DNA from: a phage
Direction: 5' to 3' (one strand)
Length of the DNA stretch: 64,000 nt
Sequence record: PZ154896.1
Shown: positions 17,102-27,210 of the stretch, in pieces
Numbering within the stretch: the stretch's first letter is position 1
How the letters are laid out: every line of letters starts with the position of its first letter
Position numbers and translations under genes: made by a program
Notes under the pieces: model-generated
Database searches by the model: none
What the model was told of the DNA's origin: nothing
The model's input: only the letters and a program-made list of their open reading frames with translations

Positions 17102-18915
17102 TGGTGTTTAACCCTATGCATGATTTCTTTATTTTTACCGAGATTAAATCCGCGTTCGTTCGGATTTCCCAAATAACCGCATGTTCTTCTTATAGTATTC
17201 ATCTTTTTAGGATCAGTTTCTCCACAAACTGAACAAACAAATCCGTTTTCAGTAGGAGTCATTTCATGAGTACTTCCGCATGTAAAACATTTATCTACTG
17301 GCATATTAACACCAAAATAATCTAAATGTTGCGCAGCATAATCCCATACAGCCTCAAGACCTTTTAGGTTATTTTTCATATCAGGAAGTTCAACATAAGA
17401 AATGTGACCGCCTGTTGCAATGAAATGATATGGGGCTTCGCGAGAAATCTTTTCAAATGGAGTAATATTTTCTTCTACTGAAACGTGGAAACTGTTAGTG
17501 TACCAGCCTTTATCGGTGACATCTTTTACACTTCCATATTTTTCTGTATCAAGTTTACAGAAGCGATAACAAAGGTTTTCAGCAGGAGTAGAATATAAAC
17601 TAAAAGCAAATCCAGTTCTTTCAGACCACTGTTTAAGATGAGCATTCATTTTAGTTAAAATTTCTTGTCCAATATCACGACCGACAAGAATATTCAATTC
17701 GTGAATACCAATGTATCCCAAAGACACTGAACTTCTACCATTTTTAAATAACTCAATTATATCGTCATCAGGTTTAAGACGAACCCCGAATGCACCTTCT
17801 TGGTAAAGAATAGGAGCTACAGTTGCTTTAACACCCTTTAAAGAACTAATTCTACACATCAAAGCTTCAAAACACAGATCCATTCGTTCATTAAATAGCT
17901 CAACAAATTTCTGTTCATTGAATTGTGTTCCAATATAAGAATCTAATGCAATACGAGGAAGATTCAGTGTTACAACACCAAGATTATTACGTCCATCAAG
18001 AATTTCATTACCAGTCGAATCTTTCCATACACTCAAGAAACTACGACAACCCATTGGAGAAACAGGAATAGATGAACCGGTGATAGCTTTATTATTCTTA
18101 ACTGAAATAATATCAGGATACATTCTTTTGCTTGCACACTCTAGAGCAAGCTGCTTAATATCATAGTTCGGATCATCTTTATAAAGATTAACACCTTCTT
18201 CAACAAACATAACAAGTTTAGGAAAAATAGGAGTTATCCCATCGCGTCCAAGGCCTTTAATACGATTTTTCAGAATTGCTTTCTGAATCATTCGTTCAGC
18301 CCAGTCAGTTCCCATACCAAACGTAATTGTTACAAAAGGCGTTTGTCCGTTTGAACTAAAGAGAGTATTTACTTCATATTCATAAGCTTGGAATGCATCG
18401 TATACGTCTTTTTCTGTTTTAGATTGGGCATAATTCAACGCATCAGCGATTTGCCATTTTTCTGCATCTTCAACATGTTTAGCGTATGTGCGTTTAACAT
18501 AAGGAGAAAGAACTTTATCGACATTCGCAAATGTAGTTCCGCCGTACTGGTGTGAAGCAACCTGTGCGGTAATTTGTGCCATAATTGCAGTAGCAACGCC
18601 AATAGATTTAGGCGTTTCAATTTGAGCATTACCTAGCTTAAATCCATTCTCAAGCATCCCCTTTAAATCGACTAAACAGCAATTAGTAAATGGAAGAGCA
18701 GGAGAATAATCAATATCATGCATGTGAATGATTCCGCTTTCATGCGCATTCATAATAAAAGACGGGACCATATTTTTGGCAATGTGCTTAGACACAATAC
18801 CAGCCATAAGGTCCCGTTGAGTTGGAAAAACACGAGAATCTTTATTAGCATTCTCGTTCAAAAGATCTTTATTAGTTTTATGAATTAATCCTTCAATTTC
18901 TTTTTCAATTTTCAT
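17098..18915 (-). CDS. nrdD: anaerobic ribonucleoside-triphosphate reductase NrdD
   Basis: 605 aa, same length as T4 NrdD; C-terminal CFTCGSTH...CSVCG zinc ribbon and glycyl-radical region; uninterrupted. Confidence 0.95.
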   Translation of the reverse strand: MKIEKEIEGLIHKTNKDLLNENANKDSRVFPTQRDLMAGIVSKHIAKNMVPSFIMNAHESGIIHMHDIDYSPALPFTNCCLVDLKGMLENGFKLGNAQIETPKSIGVATAIMAQITAQVASHQYGGTTFANVDKVLSPYVKRTYAKHVEDAEKWQIADALNYAQSKTEKDVYDAFQAYEYEVNTLFSSNGQTPFVTITFGMGTDWAERMIQKAILKNRIKGLGRDGITPIFPKLVMFVEEGVNLYKDDPNYDIKQLALECASKRMYPDIISVKNNKAITGSSIPVSPMGCRSFLSVWKDSTGNEILDGRNNLGVVTLNLPRIALDSYIGTQFNEQKFVELFNERMDLCFEALMCRISSLKGVKATVAPILYQEGAFGVRLKPDDDIIELFKNGRSSVSLGYIGIHELNILVGRDIGQEILTKMNAHLKQWSERTGFAFSLYSTPAENLCYRFCKLDTEKYGSVKDVTDKGWYTNSFHVSVEENITPFEKISREAPYHFIATGGHISYVELPDMKNNLKGLEAVWDYAAQHLDYFGVNMPVDKCFTCGSTHEMTPTENGFVCSVCGETDPKKMNTIRRTCGYLGNPNERGFNLGKNKEIMHRVKHQ

Positions 18916-19385
18916 TTTAAACTCTTTCTAAGCTGCTTTTTGAATGAAGCTATTAATTGTGTTTTGGTATCAGATTCATTATATTCAAATCCTCTTTGAA
19001 GCATCTCAGCCATCATTTCCTCTTTACCTAGTCTTGAGAACTCTTTAGTTTTGTCTGGAACAAAATTAGGATGGATATTATTATCAGAATAATCTTGTTT
19101 CAAATAAGCAAGAAGAGCTTCAAGCCATTCGAGGTAGTCGACATCACGTCCTTTAAGACCGGAACGGTTGAACTTATGCTTCATTTGGCCTTCTGCTGCG
19201 TTGCACAGATTACAGAGTAATCCACGAACTCTACCGGCTTTTGGCCCGTTTAATTCATGGTCGTGGTCAAGATGGTTACCTTGAACATCAGGGTCTAATT
19301 CACGGTGGCAAATAGGACACTTACCATTCTGTGCATCATAAAATTTTTGTTTTTCTTCTTTATATTTTGCGCCTGATAATAACAT
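18912..19385 (-). CDS. 49: endonuclease VII (Holliday-junction resolvase) gp49
   Basis: 157 aa; near-identical to T4 gp49 from memory (CPICHREL...HLDHDHELNG...LLCNLCNAAEG). Confidence 0.92.
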   Translation of the reverse strand: MLLSGAKYKEEKQKFYDAQNGKCPICHRELDPDVQGNHLDHDHELNGPKAGRVRGLLCNLCNAAEGQMKHKFNRSGLKGRDVDYLEWLEALLAYLKQDYSDNNIHPNFVPDKTKEFSRLGKEEMMAEMLQRGFEYNESDTKTQLIASFKKQLRKSLK

Positions 19386-19414
19386 GATAAACCCTTACCT
19401 TAAATAGATAAGGG

Positions 19415-19422
19415 TATTTATA
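19415..19422 (-). promoter_or_regulatory. late promoter TATAAATA
   Basis: Exact TATAAATA on minus strand about 30 nt upstream of gene 49 ATG. Confidence 0.5.
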
Positions 19423-19426
19423 ATTT

Positions 19427-19606
19427 AGTAAACGTTATAAAAGTCTCGATGAAAACGTTTATATTGTCGAATCATTTTCTTAGTAGGACGTGTTACTGAA
19501 ATAATTGAAGTAGTCATAGTCGGATTGTTTGGAGCACCAGTCATAACAAATTTCCAGGATTTTTGTCCATTTTTTCTTTCACCATAAAATAATTCAGTTT
19601 TCATAA
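19427..19606 (-). CDS. small hypothetical protein (59 aa)
   Basis: MKTELFYGERKNGQ...; below ORF-track cutoff; fills the gap between flanking genes. Confidence 0.35.
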
Positions 19607-19613
19607 TAAACCT

Positions 19614-20042
19614 TTAACTTAAACGTCTTTCTAAATATTCAATGTATTCCGCTGCTGCTTGCATCAGATTACCTTCATAGCCGTCATTATTTTCTTGTGC
19701 GGCTAATTTAGCTAAAGCATAAGAAATACGTTCCCCTTCGAATTCACCAAGTTCACTGTCACAAACTACTTGGTCAATTTCTTCGAGTTCATCTATTGAA
19801 TTGGATTCCCAGAAACACCAAAAACTGATATCACGGTCGTGGATGCAAAGTTTCTCGCCTGTAGACAACATTACTTCAACGATGCCACCCGACAGGTCAG
19901 CCGTTGTTGAAATACCAATTACCTTGATGATTGTTCCTTTCTTTAATTCAGGAAACTTGACTTGTAGTTCTTCATCTTCTTTAACAATCTTGAACCATTT
20001 ACCGCGAGTTTCAGAAATATTCATAACCATACTCCATATCAA
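19614..20042 (-). CDS. hypothetical protein
   Basis: 142-aa ORF. Confidence 0.5.
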   Translation of the reverse strand: MIWSMVMNISETRGKWFKIVKEDEELQVKFPELKKGTIIKVIGISTTADLSGGIVEVMLSTGEKLCIHDRDISFWCFWESNSIDELEEIDQVVCDSELGEFEGERISYALAKLAAQENNDGYEGNLMQAAAEYIEYLERRLS

Positions 20043-20143
20043 TTAATTCATTTATTGAAGGTTCATCATAACACGTTTCTTCGTCATTGTAAACTGTTTC
20101 GACGTCTGGCTCGACTGTCTCCCATCGAGCCGAATACCACGGT

Positions 20144-20479
20144 TTAACCGCGGAGCTTATTGAGCTCTTCATAATCAATCCAGGATTCTAGCCCAGATGG
20201 CAAATCAGATTCAACGTTCCACAGAAGCTCTTCGATGGCTTGTAGGCGATTATATTCTTCAACAGTAATAGTAACCATTGTTTCAGGCTTTTTAACCATC
20301 ATGTCATTCATCAGAATGTACAGGTCTTCACAAACAGCCGGGTCGTCCCATGTCCATATTTCAGCATCTCGAACCAATGAAGTCGGAATCGAATTTAAAA
20401 CTTCAAGCTTAGTAGGAGCGTCAGGGCCGAGAAGAGTTGCTACAAATTTATACGCTTTGGCGAAATCAATATCGTTCAT
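20144..20479 (-). CDS. hypothetical protein
   Basis: 111-aa acidic ORF, ATGA-coupled to nrdC. Confidence 0.5.
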   Translation of the reverse strand: MNDIDFAKAYKFVATLLGPDAPTKLEVLNSIPTSLVRDAEIWTWDDPAVCEDLYILMNDMMVKKPETMVTITVEEYNRLQAIEELLWNVESDLPSGLESWIDYEELNKLRG

Positions 20480-20739
20480 TTAAAATATTCTCGCAGTTGG
20501 TCAAATCCACCAATGTGACTTCCGTCAGGAGCAAACACTTGAGGCATAGTCAATCCGACTTGTGATTCACGTCCAAGCTTAACCAGAAGCTCAGCAATTT
20601 TCTCATCATCGAACACACCTTTTTCTGGCATAACATTAATGAATTCGAATGGCTGTTTCTTAACAGTCAGCAATCGTTTCGCATTATCACAATAAATGCA
20701 TTTATGAATAGTAGAGTCATACCCGTACACTTTAAACAT
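20476..20739 (-). CDS. nrdC: thioredoxin/glutaredoxin NrdC
   Basis: MFKVYGYDSTIHKCIYCDNAKRLL... near-identical to T4 thioredoxin from memory; start set to ATG 20737-20739. Confidence 0.88.
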   Translation of the reverse strand: MFKVYGYDSTIHKCIYCDNAKRLLTVKKQPFEFINVMPEKGVFDDEKIAELLVKLGRESQVGLTMPQVFAPDGSHIGGFDQLREYFK

Positions 20740-21145
20740 TATTTTTCCTTTCATCAATTAAATATGCAACGCCAAATACAATACATGTAATAAAACCTGT
20801 GATACAGATAGAAACCAACAACACTGTACCAAAGAACCAAATCAAGTTATCTTTAGTAGTTTGTTTGATATCCATCTCACGAATTTCTATAGCTATCGTA
20901 TCACCTTTATTAAGAAGCGTATAAAACGATGGTGATACATGCCTGTCAAAAACTCGACCTTGTTCATCTTTATAAACTGCAATAAATTCCAATTTAGAAT
21001 ATTTTCCTGTAGATTGACCTGAAATTAATTCCACTACCTCCACAGGAATTACTTTAGTTTCCATGTAAGTATTCTGGCTGTTCCAAATGAATGGAATGAC
21101 GGCAAAAACTAAAGCTGCAATAAAACAACGAAGGCTATATCTCAT
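20732..21145 (-). CDS. membrane protein
   Basis: 137 aa with N- and C-terminal transmembrane helices. Confidence 0.5.
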   Translation of the reverse strand: MRYSLRCFIAALVFAVIPFIWNSQNTYMETKVIPVEVVELISGQSTGKYSKLEFIAVYKDEQGRVFDRHVSPSFYTLLNKGDTIAIEIREMDIKQTTKDNLIWFFGTVLLVSICITGFITCIVFGVAYLIDERKNNV

Positions 21146-21450
21146 TATAATGTTCTCTCAAATTTGTGGAAGCATTTACGGCATTTCAATTTCAAGTTAT
21201 CAGTGGTCCAGTTAACCAGTTGGACTTGGATAGTTCCACATTCCGGACATGGATGTTTTGCTGCCGATTTGGCAGCATTTTCACGTCGTTCAACCATTTT
21301 CATGATTTCGTTCCATGCCGGAGTAACGAACTCTTCTTCACCGTGGATTTTATCTCGCTGAACAAATTCAATCTTTGAACTATCGTCAATAAACTTAACC
21401 AAGCTGTGATTAGTGCTCATGTCAATATCCTCTAAAAGACGTAGTTTCAT
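21145..21450 (-). CDS. zinc-ribbon protein
   Basis: 101 aa; CPECG...CRKC four-Cys pattern. Confidence 0.5.
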   Translation of the reverse strand: MKLRLLEDIDMSTNHSLVKFIDDSSKIEFVQRDKIHGEEEFVTPAWNEIMKMVERRENAAKSAAKHPCPECGTIQVQLVNWTTDNLKLKCRKCFHKFERTL

Positions 21451-22400
21451 TATAAAACCTCAATGGCATTTCGTAAACCATCAGCTTTTGCATTCAGAGC
21501 TTTTAATGATTTAGTTTGTTCTGCAATCTGGACTTCGACTTCTTTCAGACGAGATTTGAGATATTCGCGTTCTTCTCTTAAGTTATCAACTTTTTCTACT
21601 TTAGGTTCTTTAATAGGCTTAGGCTTATACGTATTAGGGTTCTTCAGCTTAATTTGAATACGAGAACTGTATAACATTGAACCGTTATCTTCGGATTCGT
21701 CGAACGTTTCAACAACATCCATAGTCTCTAACAATGTAATAAGTTTATAAGACAACGAACGAACGGTTTTGTTATGCTTATTAATTTCTTCAGCTTTCAT
21801 GGTACCGAGATTACGTGAGTAGTAATAAGGAACCTGGATATCAATTGACAATGATGCGTTACCATTACCAGTTGGTTTGAATACTGCAGTAACCCAATCT
21901 TTAACATGAACTTTATTTGTACGACCATCACCGCCTGTGAATAATTTACGTGAATGTTTAAAAAGCATATTCACTTGATTATTAAATTCACAAGCAAATT
22001 TATCAGCAAATTTAGTTTCAGGAATGGTAGATAACCAATCAGCTAAATGAGTCTTTTTAACATCGTTAATAATAGTAAATTCAACCAAATCAGTTTTAGA
22101 TGTCACAGATTTAATAAAGCTCGGCTTCATAAAGTTTTTAATGTTATCGCGAGCTACAGTAGAAGATAATAAACGAGAACGTTTGAACCATTGAAGCAGT
22201 GTCCCTAATGAATGAGAATACGCATTCTGAGTATCTTTACAGATATGATTTTCTTGACCTGTGTATGTACCAAAATCTCGAAGAATACCACTTACTACAA
22301 CTCGGTGTGGAACATCAAATCCTAATGAACCAGAAGCACGTTGGGCATGAACGTTAGCGATAAGACCTGCAAAATAATCAATGTAATGTGAACGTGTCAT
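21450..22400 (-). CDS. hypothetical protein with C-terminal coiled coil
   Basis: 316 aa; own upstream promoter cassette. Confidence 0.55.
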   Translation of the reverse strand: MTRSHYIDYFAGLIANVHAQRASGSLGFDVPHRVVVSGILRDFGTYTGQENHICKDTQNAYSHSLGTLLQWFKRSRLLSSTVARDNIKNFMKPSFIKSVTSKTDLVEFTIINDVKKTHLADWLSTIPETKFADKFACEFNNQVNMLFKHSRKLFTGGDGRTNKVHVKDWVTAVFKPTGNGNASLSIDIQVPYYYSRNLGTMKAEEINKHNKTVRSLSYKLITLLETMDVVETFDESEDNGSMLYSSRIQIKLKNPNTYKPKPIKEPKVEKVDNLREEREYLKSRLKEVEVQIAEQTKSLKALNAKADGLRNAIEVL

Positions 22401-22428
22401 AATATTTTCCTCTCGTTAAGATAAAAAG

Positions 22429-22458
22429 ATTATACTCCAACCATCCTTGGTTGTAAAC
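22429..22458 (-). promoter_or_regulatory. sigma70-type early promoter (TTTACA-17-TATAAT) with internal palindrome
   Basis: Minus-sense TTTACAaccaaggatggttggagTATAAT; CAACCA/TGGTTG inverted repeat in spacer. Confidence 0.5.
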
Positions 22459-22462
22459 TGAT

Positions 22463-23395
22463 TTATGATTTTAATGCATTCATTGCGTTAAAAAGTTTAG
22501 AGTACTGCAACTGGAGCTTAGTAACTACTTGTTGAGCATCACGAAGCTTAGCTTGTGCTTTGTCAAGTTCAACAGACAGTTGGTCCACAGTGGCTTTGAT
22601 TTGATTATAATAGTAATCTTCGGCAGGAAGAAGTCCGTTAGAGATTTCCAGTTTAGTCGACGGTGTGCCGTTAAACATAACAGGTTGTGCTGAAGCTGAA
22701 TTAATCTTACCGATAGTCGGGGCGACAATAATTGACGCTTCGAACGTTGCATTTTCCTTTTTAAGATTTTTATAATATTCAGAGTCTTTGTGCCACCATG
22801 GCGCAGGAACCTTTTTACCAATAGATACACGAGCCTGGATAGCGATATGGCCCTTATTCTTGATAATGTCTATAATATTAAGCTCACGAGAATAAATTGC
22901 TTTAATCTGGTGAATATTATCACCTAACACTTCCAACGCTTGGTGGAATACACGAGCAACGTTATCATTCTTAGGTTTATACGTAAGAGTGAACTCGTTC
23001 TCACTGATAACCATGATTTCTAACTTATCGTAAGTATATTTCAAATGTTTCATGTTAATTGCTTGAGGACGAATACGAGAAGCAATGGCCATCAGATTGT
23101 TAAGGTTATTTCTGAACTGTTTAGCAAAATATTGTCCATAACCGCCGATACAAAAATTACGAAGTTTCTGTTTGGCTAATAAACGGCTGAACTCACCATT
23201 TTTAATGAACTCTTTAACGGGTGTGTTAGTAACGCATTCAAATTGAGTAAACTTACGAGAATTAATCCCATAATATGAACAGATTTCCTCAATCTCTTCA
23301 GGAGTCTTTACAGGCATACGGATAGGATTAGGACCTGGGGTATATGCGTTCGAGGTAAATTCTTTGATAAGTTCTCTACGTGTAATAGAAGCCAT
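22463..23395 (-). CDS. hypothetical protein with C-terminal coiled coil
   Basis: 310 aa; own upstream promoter cassette. Confidence 0.55.
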   Translation of the reverse strand: MASITRRELIKEFTSNAYTPGPNPIRMPVKTPEEIEEICSYYGINSRKFTQFECVTNTPVKEFIKNGEFSRLLAKQKLRNFCIGGYGQYFAKQFRNNLNNLMAIASRIRPQAINMKHLKYTYDKLEIMVISENEFTLTYKPKNDNVARVFHQALEVLGDNIHQIKAIYSRELNIIDIIKNKGHIAIQARVSIGKKVPAPWWHKDSEYYKNLKKENATFEASIIVAPTIGKINSASAQPVMFNGTPSTKLEISNGLLPAEDYYYNQIKATVDQLSVELDKAQAKLRDAQQVVTKLQLQYSKLFNAMNALKS

Positions 23396-23421
23396 TTTAT
23401 ATTCCTCATGTTGAAAAATTT

Positions 23422-23451
23422 ATTATACTCCAACCATCCTTGGTTGTACAT
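23422..23451 (-). promoter_or_regulatory. sigma70-type early promoter with internal palindrome
   Basis: Near-identical copy of the 22429-22458 cassette. Confidence 0.5.
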
Positions 23452-24446
23452 CATTCCTTAAGAAGTTTTACTACTTGAATAAGATTAGCTCGTTCTGTTT
23501 TATTTTTACTGTTTAAGCCTGCTAATCGTGAGATTTCATCATCAGTCTGTTGAATAGTTACATTAAGTTCGTTAATCAAAGCTTCAAAGTATTTGATTTG
23601 CTCAGCATGTTTTGATTCAAATTTCTGAACCGGAATAACGTCTTGGTTTAGTTCATCAATAAGGTCTTTAAGAGCATCTTCTTGGTTGATATCATATTCA
23701 ACTTCTTTTATTTCTTCAACGAGCTCGTCTTTATATCTAACGTCTTTTAGTCCTGGTGCTGGTCCTGAAATCTCTTCTTTAAGAGTACAAACATATCCAA
23801 TACGGTATCCAATGCCGTCTCGCTTGATATCAACTTCGTCAATAAATCCACAATGTTTAAGACCAGAGCCGATTAGGTCAAAATATCCTTGACGTCGTCC
23901 TTCAAACGTTACACGAACTACTAAGACAGTTTTACCTGCAACCTTTTGAAGCTCACATTTATAAAAGTCTGTTGAACCTGAATAACGTGGATGAGTTTTA
24001 AAGTTCATCTGACGATCTAGGCCCATTTGTAAACGTGCTGATACAGCCAGAAAACGTGTTTGGTTCTCGTTAAGATGAGCAACAATCCATTTCAAAGGCA
24101 TTTTACACTGTTCACGACCGAACAAATCAGTACGTCCTAGATTACGCAGGATGTTGTTAGAGTTAATCATCGACAGAACGTTAAGTTTATTCAGCGCGCT
24201 GAAGATTCCATCGGCCATTGATTTTCCGTAACCTTTACACGCTTTAATAAGCGCTCGCGGTAGATTAGTATAGATTTCAGACGGCATATGAAAATCAAAT
24301 TTACTAGTCAGTAATTGATGAACTTGGATAGCAATTTGCTCATAATTAAGTGCTCTGCGATCATTATGGTCTTTAAACCACACTTTAATCTGTGAAGCAC
24401 ATAAACCGTTAATTTCATGTTTTACCGCATCAGATGTAATGCTCAT
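23451..24446 (-). CDS. hypothetical protein with C-terminal coiled coil
   Basis: 331-aa ORF. Confidence 0.55.
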   Translation of the reverse strand: MSITSDAVKHEINGLCASQIKVWFKDHNDRRALNYEQIAIQVHQLLTSKFDFHMPSEIYTNLPRALIKACKGYGKSMADGIFSALNKLNVLSMINSNNILRNLGRTDLFGREQCKMPLKWIVAHLNENQTRFLAVSARLQMGLDRQMNFKTHPRYSGSTDFYKCELQKVAGKTVLVVRVTFEGRRQGYFDLIGSGLKHCGFIDEVDIKRDGIGYRIGYVCTLKEEISGPAPGLKDVRYKDELVEEIKEVEYDINQEDALKDLIDELNQDVIPVQKFESKHAEQIKYFEALINELNVTIQQTDDEISRLAGLNSKNKTERANLIQVVKLLKE

Positions 24447-24482
24447 AACTATTTCCTCAGATTGAATTGGAACTCAAAACCA

Positions 24483-24505
24483 TTATAACCCGTCCTTGGG
24501 TAAAG
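24483..24505 (-). promoter_or_regulatory. putative early promoter (TTTACC-17-TATAAT)
   Basis: Minus-sense TTTACCcaaggacgggtTATAAT. Confidence 0.4.
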
Positions 24506-24508
24506 CGT

Positions 24509-25036
24509 TTATGCGTGAACCGTCTTTAAACGTTCTTCAAATTTACGAAGAGTACTAATACGTTCTGATTTCTGTTTTGTATAGTTTGCAATACGTTCTG
24601 AAGTGAGAGCGTATCGTTCGTTTACTGTTTCTTTCATGAAGTCAGGGATTTCACGAGAAGCTTTAATTTCATCAAACTTATCGAGTACTGCCTGGTCTTC
24701 AGCGATTAAATTTTCGTACATCTCGATATCTTTCTTGATAAACTCGATATCTTCCTGGGTTACTTTGGATAAACGAGATGCTTTATCCTTTTTGTACTGC
24801 TCGTTAGTTTCACGAGACCAGAATAATGTACGTTTTTTGTTAGTGTTTTTGTAGACTTCCACAATTCCAACTGAATCGATGATAGCAATCCAATTCCAGC
24901 GAGATTTGAAAATCTGACCTCCGTCCACGGTAATCTCGTTACCATAAGCAACGTCATTAAAGAACTTGCTTTGTGCTTCAGATTTAAATTTACCGTCGTT
25001 ATAATTTACCAGGTTGAAAATATCTTTAGCGTTCAT
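24509..25036 (-). CDS. hypothetical protein
   Basis: 175-aa ORF. Confidence 0.5.
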   Translation of the reverse strand: MNAKDIFNLVNYNDGKFKSEAQSKFFNDVAYGNEITVDGGQIFKSRWNWIAIIDSVGIVEVYKNTNKKRTLFWSRETNEQYKKDKASRLSKVTQEDIEFIKKDIEMYENLIAEDQAVLDKFDEIKASREIPDFMKETVNERYALTSERIANYTKQKSERISTLRKFEERLKTVHA

Positions 25037-25054
25037 GTTTTACCTCCAGTAGTT

Positions 25055-25093
25055 GATAGGTCTATAATAACACAACCATAGACCTTGTAAACA
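25055..25093 (-). promoter_or_regulatory. early promoter in AGGTCTAT/ATAGACCT palindrome (GTTTACA-17-TATTAT)
   Basis: Family B cassette; see findings. Confidence 0.5.
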
Positions 25094-25094
25094 A

Positions 25095-25382
25095 CTAAAA
25101 GAAACTTTTTTCGGTATTTTTTCCACTGAACCAAACCGATTTCGGAATTTTCTGTAATTTTTCAGATTTAAGTTTCTCTTCCTGTTCTTTCTTATATGCA
25201 TCCTTGTCGTACTGGAACAACTCTAGGGCATTCTTTTGTAGACGGTCTAAGGTAATTAAGGCTTTAGTTTTTCCTTTCAAGGAAGAGTCCTGGCGAACCT
25301 CCTCGCTATATTGCATCGTAGAACTAACCATACGATGAGCATACAGTTCTACTGCTGCTTTAATTTTTTGCATAAAATCCAT
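25095..25382 (-). CDS. hypothetical protein
   Basis: 95-aa ORF. Confidence 0.45.
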   Translation of the reverse strand: MDFMQKIKAAVELYAHRMVSSTMQYSEEVRQDSSLKGKTKALITLDRLQKNALELFQYDKDAYKKEQEEKLKSEKLQKIPKSVWFSGKNTEKSFF

Positions 25383-25520
25383 AACATATCCTCTTTGATT
25401 TGTACAACATTATTTTTAAATAGTTCTATGCCCTCAGTAGGTTCCTGGTGTCCTTCTTTGAGGTAAGCCATATGATTATTCATCTTTATGGCTTTTGTTA
25501 CCTCAGAACTTCCTATAAGC

Positions 25521-26522
25521 TTATTTCAGTAAAGTTACTTCAGAGATTTCCTCCCAACCATCTTTATCAGTTGAAATAAAATCTGCTACATAAAGAGCCG
25601 TACGTAATGATACATTGCGAAGACGAGATACGTTAGCCTTCATCCAGGACAATGCTTTATACGTTTCTGCATCTGTCAGACCACGTTTCTGCATCATGTC
25701 AGTAGATAATATTACGTCTTCAACTCGAACCATAATCTCTTCATTAGAGTGTACTCCAAGGTCGAGATACACTGAACGAGATACTAAAGCTTGAAGGTGT
25801 GGGGCAAGTTTCGAACCGCGTTCTAACTCTTTATCGATATCAACGTTTGTAATGAAAACGATAGTACCTTCAAACTCAAATTCTTTATCAATACCCTTAT
25901 CATCGAGATAAGATGACGCAGTGCTCCAGCAAACTTTGCGTTTATCTCCAGTATCTAATGCTGCTTTAAGAAGGTTCAAGATGTCCATATCTGAGAATAC
26001 GTCAACGTCGTCGATTAAGAGAACGCTGTCTGCATCACGGTTGAGCCAAAGTTGTTCGTAAAGGCCGATACCAGAGATTTTACCATTAATGCTTTTATAT
26101 TTGATGAAACCGTTATCATTAGCATTATTAAGTGCTTTATCCAGAGAATACGTCTTACCAATACCAGCTGCACCTGAAATAATGAGTGAACGAATTTTAC
26201 CATCGATAATGCCATTCGTCATCATGTTCATTACTTTAAAGCGTTTGTTGATACGAGTTTTCATATCTTCAGTGCTTTCAACGACTGCAACCGGTGACGT
26301 CTCAACTCCTTCCATTACGATGTCTGATTTGAAGACCCATACTCCACGTTCAGAACCATCAATCATAACGAAAATTTTACCATCACCTAAGTGGGAACAT
26401 TCAGGATTAAGCTTTGCTGGGAACCATGTCTTTGTGGCAACATAAGAACCAGAGATTTCGTTATTACGATAGATACCTTTTTTGATTTGAACGTTGAACA
26501 TTTTATTCTCCAATTTACTCAT
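25521..26522 (-). CDS. P-loop NTPase
   Basis: 333 aa; Walker A SGAAGIGKT and Walker B LLIDDVD. Confidence 0.65.
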   Translation of the reverse strand: MSKLENKMFNVQIKKGIYRNNEISGSYVATKTWFPAKLNPECSHLGDGKIFVMIDGSERGVWVFKSDIVMEGVETSPVAVVESTEDMKTRINKRFKVMNMMTNGIIDGKIRSLIISGAAGIGKTYSLDKALNNANDNGFIKYKSINGKISGIGLYEQLWLNRDADSVLLIDDVDVFSDMDILNLLKAALDTGDKRKVCWSTASSYLDDKGIDKEFEFEGTIVFITNVDIDKELERGSKLAPHLQALVSRSVYLDLGVHSNEEIMVRVEDVILSTDMMQKRGLTDAETYKALSWMKANVSRLRNVSLRTALYVADFISTDKDGWEEISEVTLLK

Positions 26523-26530
26523 TTCGTTTC

Positions 26531-26568
26531 GATAGGTCTATAATAACATGTTTAAAGCAAAAGTAAAC
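26531..26568 (-). promoter_or_regulatory. early promoter cassette (family B)
   Basis: GTTTAC-17-TATTAT followed by AGACCTATC arm. Confidence 0.5.
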
Positions 26569-26570
26569 AA

Positions 26571-26789
26571 TTATTTGAGACGAGATTTTTTGGTAAGAGG
26601 TTGAAAGAACACTGCTTTACCGGCTGGGGTTAAGGTGACTCGTAATGCATTACCGATTCCTAAGGATGCTTTAACTAAACCTTTAGCTTTCAGTTCACCG
26701 AATGCTTGACGTTGGTCTGCATCACGAGTGTTAACCATAAGACCTTTATCACCTGCTTCACGAATCATTTCTAACATTTTGGTTTTCAT
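26571..26789 (-). CDS. small hypothetical protein (72 aa)
   Basis: Start moved to ATG 26787-26789 (MKTKMLEMI); the ORF-track start lies inside the promoter cassette. Confidence 0.45.
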   Translation of the reverse strand: MKTKMLEMIREAGDKGLMVNTRDADQRQAFGELKAKGLVKASLGIGNALRVTLTPAGKAVFFQPLTKKSRLK

Positions 26790-26808
26790 TTTGTTCTCCT
26801 CTTGTTTT

Positions 26809-26847
26809 GATAGGTCTATAATAACATATCCTAAAAGCATGTACACT
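26809..26847 (-). promoter_or_regulatory. early promoter cassette (family B)
   Basis: GATAGGTCTATAATAACA palindrome half plus GTGTAC -35-like element. Confidence 0.4.
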
Positions 26848-26897
26848 ACTTTTTAAAAATATTTTAACCCCCTAAAGGGACCCGAAGGTCCCCACAT

Positions 26898-27179
26898 TTA
26901 CTTATCGCACTTAGCAACATAATTAGGCATATCACAGAATACGGAGCGAGTAACTACTCGGCCCTTTGACCATGCTTCAGTTGCTTGTCCGGCTGTGCTA
27001 TTAATATAGCTTGATCTAATGTTCTCAATACCCTGAGAATGTGATGCGTTTACCGAACCATTAGAAGACCCAGAAGTCTGGTTACCACCAGCTCCTGTAC
27101 TACCGCTGGCTGCACCCGTGGTAGCACCAACAGAGAATGCCATCATTACTGCGAATAAACCAATTACTAATTTTTTCAT
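26898..27179 (-). CDS. secreted Gly/Ser-rich protein
   Basis: 93 aa; N-terminal signal peptide MKKLVIGLFAVMMAFSVGA; low-complexity GSTGAGGNQTSGSS; two Cys near C-terminus. Confidence 0.5.
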   Translation of the reverse strand: MKKLVIGLFAVMMAFSVGATTGAASGSTGAGGNQTSGSSNGSVNASHSQGIENIRSSYINSTAGQATEAWSKGRVVTRSVFCDMPNYVAKCDK

Positions 27180-27210
27180 ATTTACCTCAAGTTAATGGTT
27201 ATTTATCTAC

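Noticed and set aside
17098-18915. Group I intron or homing endonuclease in nrdD, as in T4
   Set aside because: nrdD reads as one uninterrupted 605-aa frame, and no GIY-YIG or HNH motif ORF was seen anywhere in the window.
26531-26568. MotA-box (TGCTTtA) middle promoters
   Set aside because: TGCTTTA-like strings occur inside some early-promoter spacers but not at the -30 position expected of T4 middle promoters; cannot be supported without start-site data.
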